This document shows positions 17,618-26,347 of a DNA stretch of 43,031 bases, piece by piece (position 1 is the stretch's first letter; every line of letters begins with the position of its first letter). The stretch covers positions 1 to 43,031 of the forward strand of contig CAITSL010000035.1 of the NCBI GenBank assembly GCA_903895055.1, in the 5' to 3' direction. The notes under the pieces are model-generated. The model was not told where the DNA came from, searched no databases, and saw only the letters and a list, made by a program, of their open reading frames with translations. This DNA is from an uncultured bacterium. GTDB lineage: Bacteria > Patescibacteriota > Minisyncoccia > Phycocordibacterales > UBA9973. The position numbers and the translations under genes are program-made.

Positions 17618-18055
17618 TTATTTTTTATTTAAAATATTGATAACTCTGATTAATTCTTTTTTTTCTTTATTGTCCAATTTAGAAAAAATACTTTTCAAAA
17701 TCAAAATCTTTTTACTCTTAAAAGATTTGAAAAACTTCCATATGCCTTCAGTAAAAGTAATCCTTGTAATTCTTTTATCTTTAATGCTTTCTTCCCTTTT
17801 TAATAATTTCTTTTTGCAAAGTGTCTCAACTATCGTCGTGGCAGAAGGAGGCTTCACTTGTAAGTGTTCTGCAATATCTTTCATGGTCGGATTTTTATGT
17901 TCAACCACAAAGTGCAACACCTCCATTTGGGAAACAGAAAGCCCAAATTCCTTAGATTTCTTACGTAATTCATTTACCACTCGGTAATGAAAAGAGATAA
18001 TAGAATCTTCAAATTCCTTTTCGAGCTTGTAATTACTTTGTTTTTTAAGGGTCAT
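17618..18055 (-). CDS. MarR-family transcriptional regulator
   Basis: 145 aa. The winged-HTH region is LSVSQMEVLHFVVEHKNPTMKDIAEHLQVKPPSATTIVETLCKKKLLKREESIKDKR. Confidence 0.85.
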   Translation of the reverse strand: MTLKKQSNYKLEKEFEDSIISFHYRVVNELRKKSKEFGLSVSQMEVLHFVVEHKNPTMKDIAEHLQVKPPSATTIVETLCKKKLLKREESIKDKRITRITFTEGIWKFFKSFKSKKILILKSIFSKLDNKEKKELIRVINILNKK

Positions 18056-18062
18056 ATATATA

Positions 18063-18083
18063 ATAGTTAGTTTAACTAACTAT
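18063..18083. promoter_or_regulatory. 21-bp perfect palindrome, candidate MarR operator
   Basis: The sequence is ATAGTTAGTT-T-AACTAACTAT. It lies 8-28 nt upstream of the marR ATG and immediately downstream of the predicted -10. Confidence 0.5.
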
Positions 18084-18089
18084 CTTATG

Positions 18090-18118
18090 AGTATAGTAAA
18101 ATAAACATGATATGTCAA
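18090..18118 (-). promoter_or_regulatory. sigma70-like promoter of the marR efflux operon (TTGACA, 17 nt spacer, TATACT)
   Basis: On the minus strand, TTGACA is at 18118-18113 and TATACT at 18095-18090, separated by a 17-nt spacer. Confidence 0.55.
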
Positions 18119-18124
18119 TGAAGA

Positions 18125-18685
18125 TTATTTATAGTCAGGACCTTCTTCCTTTATACCAAATTTATAGTTTGAAAGTCTTGCAAATGCATAAAGCAGACTT
18201 GAAAGACGATTTAGATATGCTTTTGTAAAATCACTTATTTGTATTTTGCCTTCGTCGGCTACTCCGATTACTCTCCTCTCTGCCCGACGGGCAATCGTGC
18301 GAGCAATATCGAAAAATACGGCGATTTCAGAGCCTCCAGAAATAAAGAAGGTTTTTATCGGCGGAAGTTCTTTTTCTATCCAATCGATAACTACTTCTAT
18401 TTCTTTTATTTTATCTTCCGTGATAGACATTGCGGATCCAGCAACTTCAGCTTGAATGATAAAAAGATTTTTCTGTGTCTCATGTATAACTTTTGAAAAA
18501 GACTCCCCACTAGGTAAAATTAATTTATCTTTATCCCTTTCAGACAAAACTTTACAAATTCCCAAGAAAGAATTTATTTCATCGAGCGACCCCAGCGCTT
18601 CGGCAATAGCCGAACTTTTTGAAATTCGTTGATCGCAACCAAACGTCTTAGTTGTTCCATTGTCCCCTTTGCGTGTGTATAACAT
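18125..18685 (-). CDS. PduO-type ATP:cob(I)alamin adenosyltransferase
   Basis: The N-terminus YTRKGDNGTTKTFG...ISKSSAIAEALGSLDEINSFLG and a C-terminal four-helix-bundle pattern match the MMAB/PduO family. Confidence 0.8.
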   Translation of the reverse strand: MLYTRKGDNGTTKTFGCDQRISKSSAIAEALGSLDEINSFLGICKVLSERDKDKLILPSGESFSKVIHETQKNLFIIQAEVAGSAMSITEDKIKEIEVVIDWIEKELPPIKTFFISGGSEIAVFFDIARTIARRAERRVIGVADEGKIQISDFTKAYLNRLSSLLYAFARLSNYKFGIKEEGPDYK

Positions 18686-18772
18686 ATATCAAATATACTC
18701 CGTCTCAAATTTTTTGTAAAATAAATCGTCTTGTCCACTATCTCTGCATATGCAAAGTTAGTAGACATAGTA

Positions 18773-19351
18773 TTATACTTTTATTCCAAACTTTTTTAGC
18801 GTTTTCATTACGGTGTCCACTGGAAGACCTATAACATTATCTGCATCCCCTTCTATTTTTTGAATAAATCCGCGTGCTTCAATGTCTCGTAAGGTAAATG
18901 CTCCCGCGTATTTCAAGGGTTTCCCATTTTTTATATATTCTTTAATCATTTTTGGGGATAACTTTTTAAAAGTTAATTTTGTTTCAACTGCTTTGGAAAT
19001 TATATTCCCATTTTTTGTATCTATTATCGTAAAACCAGTAAAAGCCGAAAGCGTATGCCCGCTTAATTGATTTAGCATTTCAAATGCTTTCTTTTTTATA
19101 TACGGTTTCCCAAAAATTTTACTTTTGAAACAAGCAATAGTGTCTGCAGAAACGATAATTGCATTTTTATATTTAGGAGCAACCGATTTTGCTTTTCCTT
19201 TTGATAAAAATTTCACAAGTTTATCTGGAGGTAGTGGTAAGGTCATATCTTCCACATAATCACTTGAAACCACCTCAAACTTCAGTCCGGTCTTTTCCAA
19301 TAATTCTTTTCGTTTAATCGAAGTCGAAGCTAAAATTATTTTGCGTTTCAT
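18773..19351 (-). CDS. maf: Maf-family nucleoside triphosphate pyrophosphatase
   Basis: IILASTSIKRKELLEKTGLKFEVV, SADTIA, GKP, and GAFTLRDIEARGFIQKIEGDADNVIGLP make up the Maf signature. Confidence 0.85.
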   Translation of the reverse strand: MKRKIILASTSIKRKELLEKTGLKFEVVSSDYVEDMTLPLPPDKLVKFLSKGKAKSVAPKYKNAIIVSADTIACFKSKIFGKPYIKKKAFEMLNQLSGHTLSAFTGFTIIDTKNGNIISKAVETKLTFKKLSPKMIKEYIKNGKPLKYAGAFTLRDIEARGFIQKIEGDADNVIGLPVDTVMKTLKKFGIKV

Positions 19352-19369
19352 ATTTTAATTTTAAATTTG

Positions 19370-19452
19370 TGCCCAGGGGGGGACTTGAACCCCCACGGCT
19401 TGCGCCATACGCACCTCAAGCGTACATGGTTACCAAGTTACATCACCTGGGC
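19370..19452 (-). tRNA. tRNA-Leu (GAG), long variable arm, no encoded CCA
   Basis: Folded by hand. The acceptor is GCCCAGG/CCTGGGC, the anticodon arm TACGC-TTGAGGT-GCGTA, the variable stem GGC-GCAA-GCC and the T arm GGGGG-TTCAAGT-CCCCC. Confidence 0.9.
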
Positions 19453-19453
19453 A

Positions 19454-20137
19454 TCATTTTACCAAATATTTTTGCTGCTGTTTTTTCTCTATTTCTAACG
19501 CTTTCCCAATTTTTATTCGTTTTCGCGATAAACAAATAACATTCGGATTATAGTACATTTTCTTGATTATTTCCATTGCTTCTTTTTTTGCATACTTTAG
19601 TTGATAATATCCATTTTTTTTAAAAGCAGTGGTAATATGACCTTTCACTTTTATTTTGTTTTCTAATTCTTGTTGTAACCAATTAATGTGCTTCTTGCTT
19701 CCAGAAACAAATTCCAAATAAAACATATGACTGGATCGCCATCTTGGGTCCCAATATGAATAAAAACACCCATCCCCGTCAAAACACCCTCGCAAAAAAT
19801 CAAAAAAATATTTATTGGATATCTTTATTTTACCCATGGTCAATGATTTCTTCGGGGTAAGCCCGATAGACAAAAGAAAATCATAGAAAAATCTATTTTT
19901 AAATTGTATTCTTAAGTACTCATCTCCTTTAACATTCCACTTACTTCCTACTTTAAAATCAACTCCTACGCATTTAGAAAAATTCAATAATTGTTCCCTA
20001 TCTTTGGAAGTCAGGTCAATCAAAAGTCCATCATTAGCCAAGCATCCATCTGTGGCAATCAAGCCAATTGCATAAGCTAAATTTGCACTCCATGTTTCAT
20101 TTATTATCCTTTTCGGTTGTGGTCCCCTCTTCCCCAT
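19454..20137 (-). CDS. free-standing double-motif LAGLIDADG homing endonuclease
   Basis: Two LAGLIDADG motifs are present: LAYAIGLIATDGCL and FFDFLRGCFDGDGCF. The protein is 227 aa. No intron or intein context is visible. Confidence 0.85.
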   Translation of the reverse strand: MGKRGPQPKRIINETWSANLAYAIGLIATDGCLANDGLLIDLTSKDREQLLNFSKCVGVDFKVGSKWNVKGDEYLRIQFKNRFFYDFLLSIGLTPKKSLTMGKIKISNKYFFDFLRGCFDGDGCFYSYWDPRWRSSHMFYLEFVSGSKKHINWLQQELENKIKVKGHITTAFKKNGYYQLKYAKKEAMEIIKKMYYNPNVICLSRKRIKIGKALEIEKKQQQKYLVK

Positions 20138-20227
20138 CCCTATATTATATCACCTCAAGGACATAGCGTCTACTAATTATTTGATACAAAAAAATACCTT
20201 TCGGTAAAAAGATATTTCTTTTATTTT

Positions 20228-20647
20228 TTATTCTTTAGTTTCAGCTGGAACTTCTGCTTCCATAGTTTCATCACCTTCCTCAACATTGTTCGCCACGGAA
20301 CGTAATTTTCGGCGGACATCTTTTACTGCTTTGGTTCGGACATAATAGAGTTTTGACCTGCGAGCGCGAGATTTCTTGGTTATTTCAATTTTATCGATAC
20401 TTGGAGAAAACAAAGGAAAAATCCTTTCTACTCCGACACCAGAAGCTACTCTTCTAACAGTAAAAGTCGCACCAATTTCTTTGCCATGTTTTCGAGCAAG
20501 AACTAAGCCTTCAAAAGCCTGAAGACGAGTTTTACCTTTTTCGTCTAATATTTTAGACCAAACCCGAACAGTGTCCCCCGCGTGAAAATCGAGATTACTA
20601 CGAGCTTCTATGTCTACTCCGCTTAATTTATTTTTTGCAATTGCCAT
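20228..20647 (-). CDS. rplS: 50S ribosomal protein L19 (with an acidic C-terminal tail)
   Basis: [46 protein letters not shown] is the L19 core. The start was moved to the ATG at 20647 (MAIAKNK...). Confidence 0.9.
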   Translation of the reverse strand: MAIAKNKLSGVDIEARSNLDFHAGDTVRVWSKILDEKGKTRLQAFEGLVLARKHGKEIGATFTVRRVASGVGVERIFPLFSPSIDKIEITKKSRARRSKLYYVRTKAVKDVRRKLRSVANNVEEGDETMEAEVPAETKE

Positions 20648-20685
20648 GGAGAGTACTTTAGCATAAAACTTCCTCTGGAGCAAAT

Positions 20686-21912
20686 TTAAATAATCTTCAT
20701 TTCTTTACCAACTTCTGAAAGAATTGAAAGAGCACGATCTATTTGATCTTTGGTATGAGCCGCAGAAACTTGGAAACGTAGTCGCGCGGTCCCTTCCGGT
20801 ACTACCGGGAACCATAAGCCCACCACGTAGAGTCCTTTTTCCAAAAGTTTTTTACTCATCTCTTGCGTTTTTGCCGCATCACCCAACATCACCGGCACAA
20901 TCGGATGAATTCCGTCTAAAACTTCAAAGCCTAATTTTTTCGCTCCACGTCTGAAATATTCTGAATTTTCTTTTACTTTAGTTAGGAGCTCTGGTTTTTC
21001 TTTCAATAAATCGAGCGCTTTAATAGAAGCAATAACTACAGCTGGGGGTACGGAATTTGAAAAAAGATAAGTGCGAGATTTTTGACGAAGCAATTCTATG
21101 ATATCTTTTCTGCCGGCAATATATCCACCTACCGCTCCCCCGAGCGCTTTGCCAAAAGTTCCGGAAAGAATATCAACTTTCCCATGTAAATTAAAATGTT
21201 CCGGTGTGCCAGCGCCAGTTTTACCAAGTACCCCTATCGCATGCGCATCATCAACAAAGAGAAGAGCTTCATATTTTTCAGAAATTTCTTTTATTTTTGG
21301 CAAATCTGCTAAATACCCTTCCATAGAAAATACGCCATCCGTCACAATTATTTTAAAGCGATAATTTTTTTCTTTATCTTCTTCAAGCATTTGCTCTAAA
21401 ATTCCTAGGTCACCATGTTTATAAATTCTTTTTACCACCGATTCTTTTTTACAAAGTTTAAAAGCATCAATAATACTCGCGTGATTGAGTTCGTCGCTAT
21501 AAATGGCATCCAAGTGAGTCTCCTCGCCTCCAAATGATTCATTGGTAAGACTGGCAAAAAAACCAAGATTCGCCATAAAATTCGTAGAATATAAAATCGC
21601 ATCTTCCACTCCCAAAAATTCTGCTAGCTTTTTTTCTAATGTTTTATGCACTGTCTCTGTCCCGGCGATAAAACGCACCGAGGAAAGCCCAAAACCATAG
21701 GAATCTAAGGCTTTTTTGGCGCTTTCAACAATATCCCTATTATTTGCCAATCCAAGATAATTATTTGAAGCGAACATTAAAACTTTTTTGTTTTCGATTT
21801 TCACTTCTGCCTCTTGCGCACCCCCTAATTCCCTTTCCACTTTAAATTTACCAGCCAATTTTAGGTTTTCTAATTCTTTTTTTATATCTTCATTTAGTTT
21901 TTTTGAATACAT
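20686..21912 (-). CDS. kbl: glycine C-acetyltransferase (2-amino-3-ketobutyrate CoA ligase)
   Basis: Close motif-by-motif resemblance to E. coli Kbl: [34 protein letters not shown], the PLP lysine in [16 protein letters not shown], and [10 protein letters not shown]. Confidence 0.85.
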   Translation of the reverse strand: MYSKKLNEDIKKELENLKLAGKFKVERELGGAQEAEVKIENKKVLMFASNNYLGLANNRDIVESAKKALDSYGFGLSSVRFIAGTETVHKTLEKKLAEFLGVEDAILYSTNFMANLGFFASLTNESFGGEETHLDAIYSDELNHASIIDAFKLCKKESVVKRIYKHGDLGILEQMLEEDKEKNYRFKIIVTDGVFSMEGYLADLPKIKEISEKYEALLFVDDAHAIGVLGKTGAGTPEHFNLHGKVDILSGTFGKALGGAVGGYIAGRKDIIELLRQKSRTYLFSNSVPPAVVIASIKALDLLKEKPELLTKVKENSEYFRRGAKKLGFEVLDGIHPIVPVMLGDAAKTQEMSKKLLEKGLYVVGLWFPVVPEGTARLRFQVSAAHTKDQIDRALSILSEVGKEMKII

Positions 21913-21920
21913 AGAATAAT

Positions 21921-22703
21921 TTATAAAAATGATAATTTCCCCTTTTTTACTTTCGCCAATTTTCGATCTTTGGCTGTTTCTTTAAAAAGTTTTTCAAAAT
22001 GCTTTTGGTCGGCATCGGTAAATTTAACATCTCTTCTTATCGCCATCACTTTTTGAATTTTTATTGATAATTCAAGTGGAATTTCATATAAATTTCCAGC
22101 TGAAACATGACTTGTGAAAGCTGGGATATCTTCCGTGACTGTGCCATATAAATGAGCACTTGCTCCAATTGTTTTTCCACAAAATATTGAAGTATTTAAG
22201 GCTGTTTTCACATAATCCCCCATAATACAACCTAAAAATTGCATCCCAGTATCTACACCATTCATTTTTATCGTCGTATAAGTATTTTTCAAATTTGAAA
22301 CACTTGTTCCAGCACCAATATTTACCCATGACCCAATGTAGGAATGTCCTAAAAATCCATAATGCTGTTTATTTGAATACTCTCTCATTATTGTATGTTC
22401 TATCTCACCACCGATTTTACAAACATCTCCAATACGAGAACAAGATATTTCAGCAAAACTATTTATGATACAATTTTTGCCAATCAAAAGTGGCCCTCGT
22501 AAAATACTATTAGCTTTTATCTTTGTATTGTCGCCGATTAAAATTAATCCACCACTTGCATCAAAAAAAACATTGGGCTCTACCTGAACATTTTTACCAA
22601 AATACACCCCCGTTTTTATTTTTTTCTTCCCCTTAATTAAAATCGATAAATCTTTTTCAAGATTTTGTTTTAAATTTATTATTTTATCTAAATATTTTTC
22701 CAT
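21921..22703 (-). CDS. left-handed beta-helix (hexapeptide) protein resembling the acetyltransferase half of alternative GlmU
   Basis: 260 aa. The hexapeptide-repeat run includes HYGFLGHSYIGSWVNIGAGTSVSNLKNTY. It sits 1 nt downstream of glmS and has no nucleotidyltransferase domain. Confidence 0.55.
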   Translation of the reverse strand: MEKYLDKIINLKQNLEKDLSILIKGKKKIKTGVYFGKNVQVEPNVFFDASGGLILIGDNTKIKANSILRGPLLIGKNCIINSFAEISCSRIGDVCKIGGEIEHTIMREYSNKQHYGFLGHSYIGSWVNIGAGTSVSNLKNTYTTIKMNGVDTGMQFLGCIMGDYVKTALNTSIFCGKTIGASAHLYGTVTEDIPAFTSHVSAGNLYEIPLELSIKIQKVMAIRRDVKFTDADQKHFEKLFKETAKDRKLAKVKKGKLSFL

Positions 22704-22704
22704 A

Positions 22705-24552
22705 TTATTCTACCGTGACACTTTTGGCTAAATTGCGCGGTTTGTCTATATCGCAACCTCGAAGTGACGCTAAGTGATAAGCCAAAAGTTGCAATGGAAT
22801 AGATGCCACAAATGGCACTAAGACATCGGAAGTTTCTGGTATTTCTATCCAAAAATCCGCAATTTTTTTAATATTCTCATCACCTTCTGTAATGATAGCA
22901 ATGACTACTCCCTTGCGCGCTTTCACTTCCATCATATTACTTACCACTTTTTCATACAACTTGCCACGATTAGCGATAAAAACAACTGGCATATTCTCAT
23001 CTACCAAGGCAATCGGCCCATGCTTCATTTCGGCGGCCGGATAACCTTCGGCATGAATATAGGAAATTTCCTTGACCTTCAGAGCTCCTTCGAGCGCCAA
23101 GGGGAAACCGTATCCTCTGCCAAGATAAATAAAATTTTTGATATTTTTAAATTTTTCGGCAATTTTCTTTACCTTTTCATTGCATAAAAGTGTTTTCTCT
23201 ACTTTTTCGGGAATGTTTTCAAGTTCTTCCAATAATTTTTTAATTTCTTTTTTATTTAAAGTTTCTTTCTTATTTACCAGCAAAAGACACATCAAAAGGA
23301 GCACTGTCAGCTGGGCAGTAAAAGCTTTAGTGGAGGCAACTCCTATTTCGGGACCTGCATGAGTATAGACTCCGGCATCGGTTGCGCGTGGAATCGAAGA
23401 ACCGACCACATTACAAACACCAAACACTGTGGCGCCTTTTTCTTTTACTAAATTGAGTGCTGCCAAGGTGTCAGCAGTTTCACCTGATTGAGAAATTACT
23501 ATTACCAGATCATTGGGATAAATTACCGGATTTCTATATCTAAATTCTGAAGCATATTCTACTATGGTTGGCGTTTTTGATATCTCCTCAAAAAAATATT
23601 TTGCTTCAAGCCCGGCATGCCAGCTTGTGCCACAAGCAAGAATTATTATCCGTTTGGCATTAAAAAATTTATCTTGAAAAGATTCTATACCACCTAATTT
23701 AACCACACCATCTTTAGCGCTCTCTCTGCCCCGCATACTGTCTTTGATCGAACGAGGCTGTTCATAAATTTCCTTCAACATAAAATGAGGGAAACCTCCT
23801 TTCTCAAGTTCTTCTATTTTCATCTCAAGTTTTTGGATGTAGGGATTTTTTATTTCATTTCCGATTGTTTTTACTACTAACTTTTTGTTTTTTATTATCG
23901 CCATTTCATTGTCATCTAAATAAATAACCTTATCGGTATATTCGATTATCGGAGTAGCGTCCGAGGCAATAAAATATTCCCCATCTCCGATTCCAATAAC
24001 TACTGGACTACCTTTTTTGGCAATGACAATAGTTTCCGGATCATCTTTAGATAAAACCGCTATGGCATAAGCCCCAACCACTTCCAGAAGCGCGAGTCGA
24101 ACTGCCTCATCAAAAGAAACTTTTGTACTTTTCACAATGTCCTCAATTAAATTAGAAATTACTTCTGTATCAGTGTCACTTTTAAATTTATAACCTTTTT
24201 CTATCAAGACTTTTTTAATTGAAAGATAATTTTCAATTATGCCATTGTGTACCACTGCGATATTTCCTCCCATAGAAAGATGCGGATGAGCATTTACATC
24301 AGATGGTTCACCATGTGTTGCCCAACGAGTATGAGCTATCCCAACCGTACCTCCAATATTTTTATCACTTTTATTTTTTACAAATTTAGAAAGCTCTGAA
24401 ACTTTTCCCTTTTTTTTATAGACCAAAATTTCGCCCGGATTCATTAAAGCCACTCCGGCCGAATCATAACCACGGTACTCTAAACGCTCCAATCCTTTGA
24501 TCAAAATTGGCCAAGCTTCTTTTTTCCCAATATATCCAACGATTCCACACAT
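22705..24552 (-). CDS. glmS: glutamine--fructose-6-phosphate aminotransferase
   Basis: Has the MCGIVGYIG N-terminal nucleophile start, two SIS domains, and the C-terminal KPRNLAKSVTVE. Confidence 0.95.
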   Translation of the reverse strand: MCGIVGYIGKKEAWPILIKGLERLEYRGYDSAGVALMNPGEILVYKKKGKVSELSKFVKNKSDKNIGGTVGIAHTRWATHGEPSDVNAHPHLSMGGNIAVVHNGIIENYLSIKKVLIEKGYKFKSDTDTEVISNLIEDIVKSTKVSFDEAVRLALLEVVGAYAIAVLSKDDPETIVIAKKGSPVVIGIGDGEYFIASDATPIIEYTDKVIYLDDNEMAIIKNKKLVVKTIGNEIKNPYIQKLEMKIEELEKGGFPHFMLKEIYEQPRSIKDSMRGRESAKDGVVKLGGIESFQDKFFNAKRIIILACGTSWHAGLEAKYFFEEISKTPTIVEYASEFRYRNPVIYPNDLVIVISQSGETADTLAALNLVKEKGATVFGVCNVVGSSIPRATDAGVYTHAGPEIGVASTKAFTAQLTVLLLMCLLLVNKKETLNKKEIKKLLEELENIPEKVEKTLLCNEKVKKIAEKFKNIKNFIYLGRGYGFPLALEGALKVKEISYIHAEGYPAAEMKHGPIALVDENMPVVFIANRGKLYEKVVSNMMEVKARKGVVIAIITEGDENIKKIADFWIEIPETSDVLVPFVASIPLQLLAYHLASLRGCDIDKPRNLAKSVTVE

Positions 24553-24596
24553 ATCTAAAATATAACAAAATTATAGAATAAAGCGAACACACCTCA

Positions 24597-24632
24597 CCCC
24601 TTTCCCCTCTCATGTCAGGAGAGGGGAAGGGG
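24597..24632 (-). terminator. GC-rich polypyrimidine/polypurine hairpin directly after the Cys-rich gene stop
   Basis: CCCCTTTCCCCTCTC-atgtcag-GAGAGGGGAAGGGG forms about 14 bp with one bulge. It is strikingly GC-rich for this genome. A terminator role is inferred from its position. Confidence 0.5.
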
Positions 24633-26335
24633 TTAATTGAATTCTTGCTGATAACATTTAACACAATAAACTATCTCCGGCATATCAGGAGCATAAGGAG
24701 TATAAATATCCGCATCACATTTGGCGCAAGTTCTGTTATATAGTTTCGGTTTAGTCATTCTGGCAAATCGTTTGTTTTCTCGGCATTTCGGACATTCATG
24801 CGGAATCGGTAAATTCATTTTACGCAAGAGATCATATTCCCCTTTGATTATTTTATATGCACGAGAACAAATTGAGCAACCGATGGTCTCGTTCAAAATT
24901 GATTCATTGGTTTCTGAAATGGTATCCGGCAAATTGGCATGCGGCAGTGATATCGGAAAAGTCGGATTCTCGGCATCATTCCAAAAATACCCTTCCGACA
25001 TTGTTTCTTCTTTTGTTTTCGGGAAAAAGCGCATTGCGTTTGATTTGTTGTAAGGAAACTGGGTAAATTCCGGCGGAAAGAATTCTCCATATGGAAATTG
25101 GCGGCCGAGCTTGTCGACATAAGGATTTACTTTCATGTCTTCCATTATTTTTTCTCTTAATTTCTCGTATTCCTCTTTTTTGTATTGCTTGTTTAAGATA
25201 CAATATTTTTTATACTTCAAATTTACACAACCAAAATTATTTTTCCCCGCAATGTTCCAAAAACAATACTGCAGATTCATGCAATCCGGCCAGCATTCGT
25301 AACAAAAACAAACATTGCTGGATTTTTCTCCAACCACCGTAGCCTCATAAATCATTTCGGCGCTATTCCCCCAACCAGAATAGTCATAACAATCTTTGGC
25401 CGGTTTTACCGTTATAAATTGGCACCATTTGCAATTATCGGCGCCATTGGCTAGATACATTTCTTTGGAATTTCTGGTTTCATAAACATATTCACCGGTG
25501 ACGTTTTTATTTAAGGAGTTTCCATGATATTCCCGATATGGTTTTTCCAACCAAAATCCTCGCGCTTTTTCCTCGAGCTCATTTAAATTTTTCCAAGACT
25601 CGAGATTTAGTTCTTTTAATTTCTGAGTGTATTCTTCTTTTGAATATTTAACATTGAAAATAAAATTAGATGCTCCGCGCAGATTTACGCAAGCCACACA
25701 ATTAGTACAGCCATAACAATTTCTAGAAAACCAGACGTCAATACAATTGTCGCATTCTTCGGAAAAAAAGTCCGATAACATTTTCCGAGACCAATAGATT
25801 CATAACACAATTCCGAAAAATATCCTCGTATGCAATCAATGCTGTGTTTTAAGGTATTTAACAAAGAAGAATAATAAACATTCTCACAAAAATCTGCCCA
25901 GAAAATCATAAAGCAATCCTTGGACCATGCCAGGGCATTCGCATAATTGCAATTTTTATTGCTGACATATTCACTGGTAAGCGCAGAGTAGGGGGTTTTT
26001 TCGCCTAATTCTTTTATTTGTTCTAGAAATGGACGCGTTGGATCATAATCCATTCCATATTCGGTACCATCCCAATCGTCTTTCCACCAGCAAGGCTGAC
26101 AATAAACGGTAATCTTTTGTTCCGGCGAATATAAAGATAAAGTTCGTTTTCCACATTTATCACAATTGCGCCAAAAAAGATTCCAGGTATTTTGAAAAGA
26201 AAAACGCCTAATTACTCGGCATTCTGGACACCAAGTCGGCGGAGGAACTTTCATCTTTTCGTAAAAATTAAAATCATCCGGCTCAATGGTGAAATCTTGC
26301 TTACAATTTTGGCATTGTCGCGTTTCTGCTTCCAT
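24633..26335 (-). CDS. large cysteine-rich protein with a 4xCxxC zinc-ribbon module at each end, split into two overlapping ORFs by a -1 frame change at a T7 run
   Basis: ORF 26335-25685 and ORF 25781-24633 overlap by 97 nt. They join seamlessly (..GKCYRTFF/SEECDNC..) at A7 25763-25769 on the plus strand. The N- and C-terminal modules are clear paralogues. Confidence 0.6.
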
Positions 26336-26347
26336 AAGTAAATAATA

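Noticed and set aside
20686-21912. The alpha-oxoamine synthase might be a serine palmitoyltransferase, which would link it to the SMS-like gene at 37156.
   Set aside because: The protein matches E. coli Kbl motif for motif along its whole length ([49 protein letters not shown]). Glycine C-acetyltransferase is therefore the conservative call. It is also 15 kb away and on the other strand.
24553-24632. A possible glmS ribozyme in the glmS 5' region.
   Set aside because: Only 80 nt separate glmS from the upstream gene stop. About half of that is the GC-rich hairpin, and a -10 box sits 6 nt from the ATG. There is no room for the roughly 170-nt ribozyme core, and I see none of its conserved segments.
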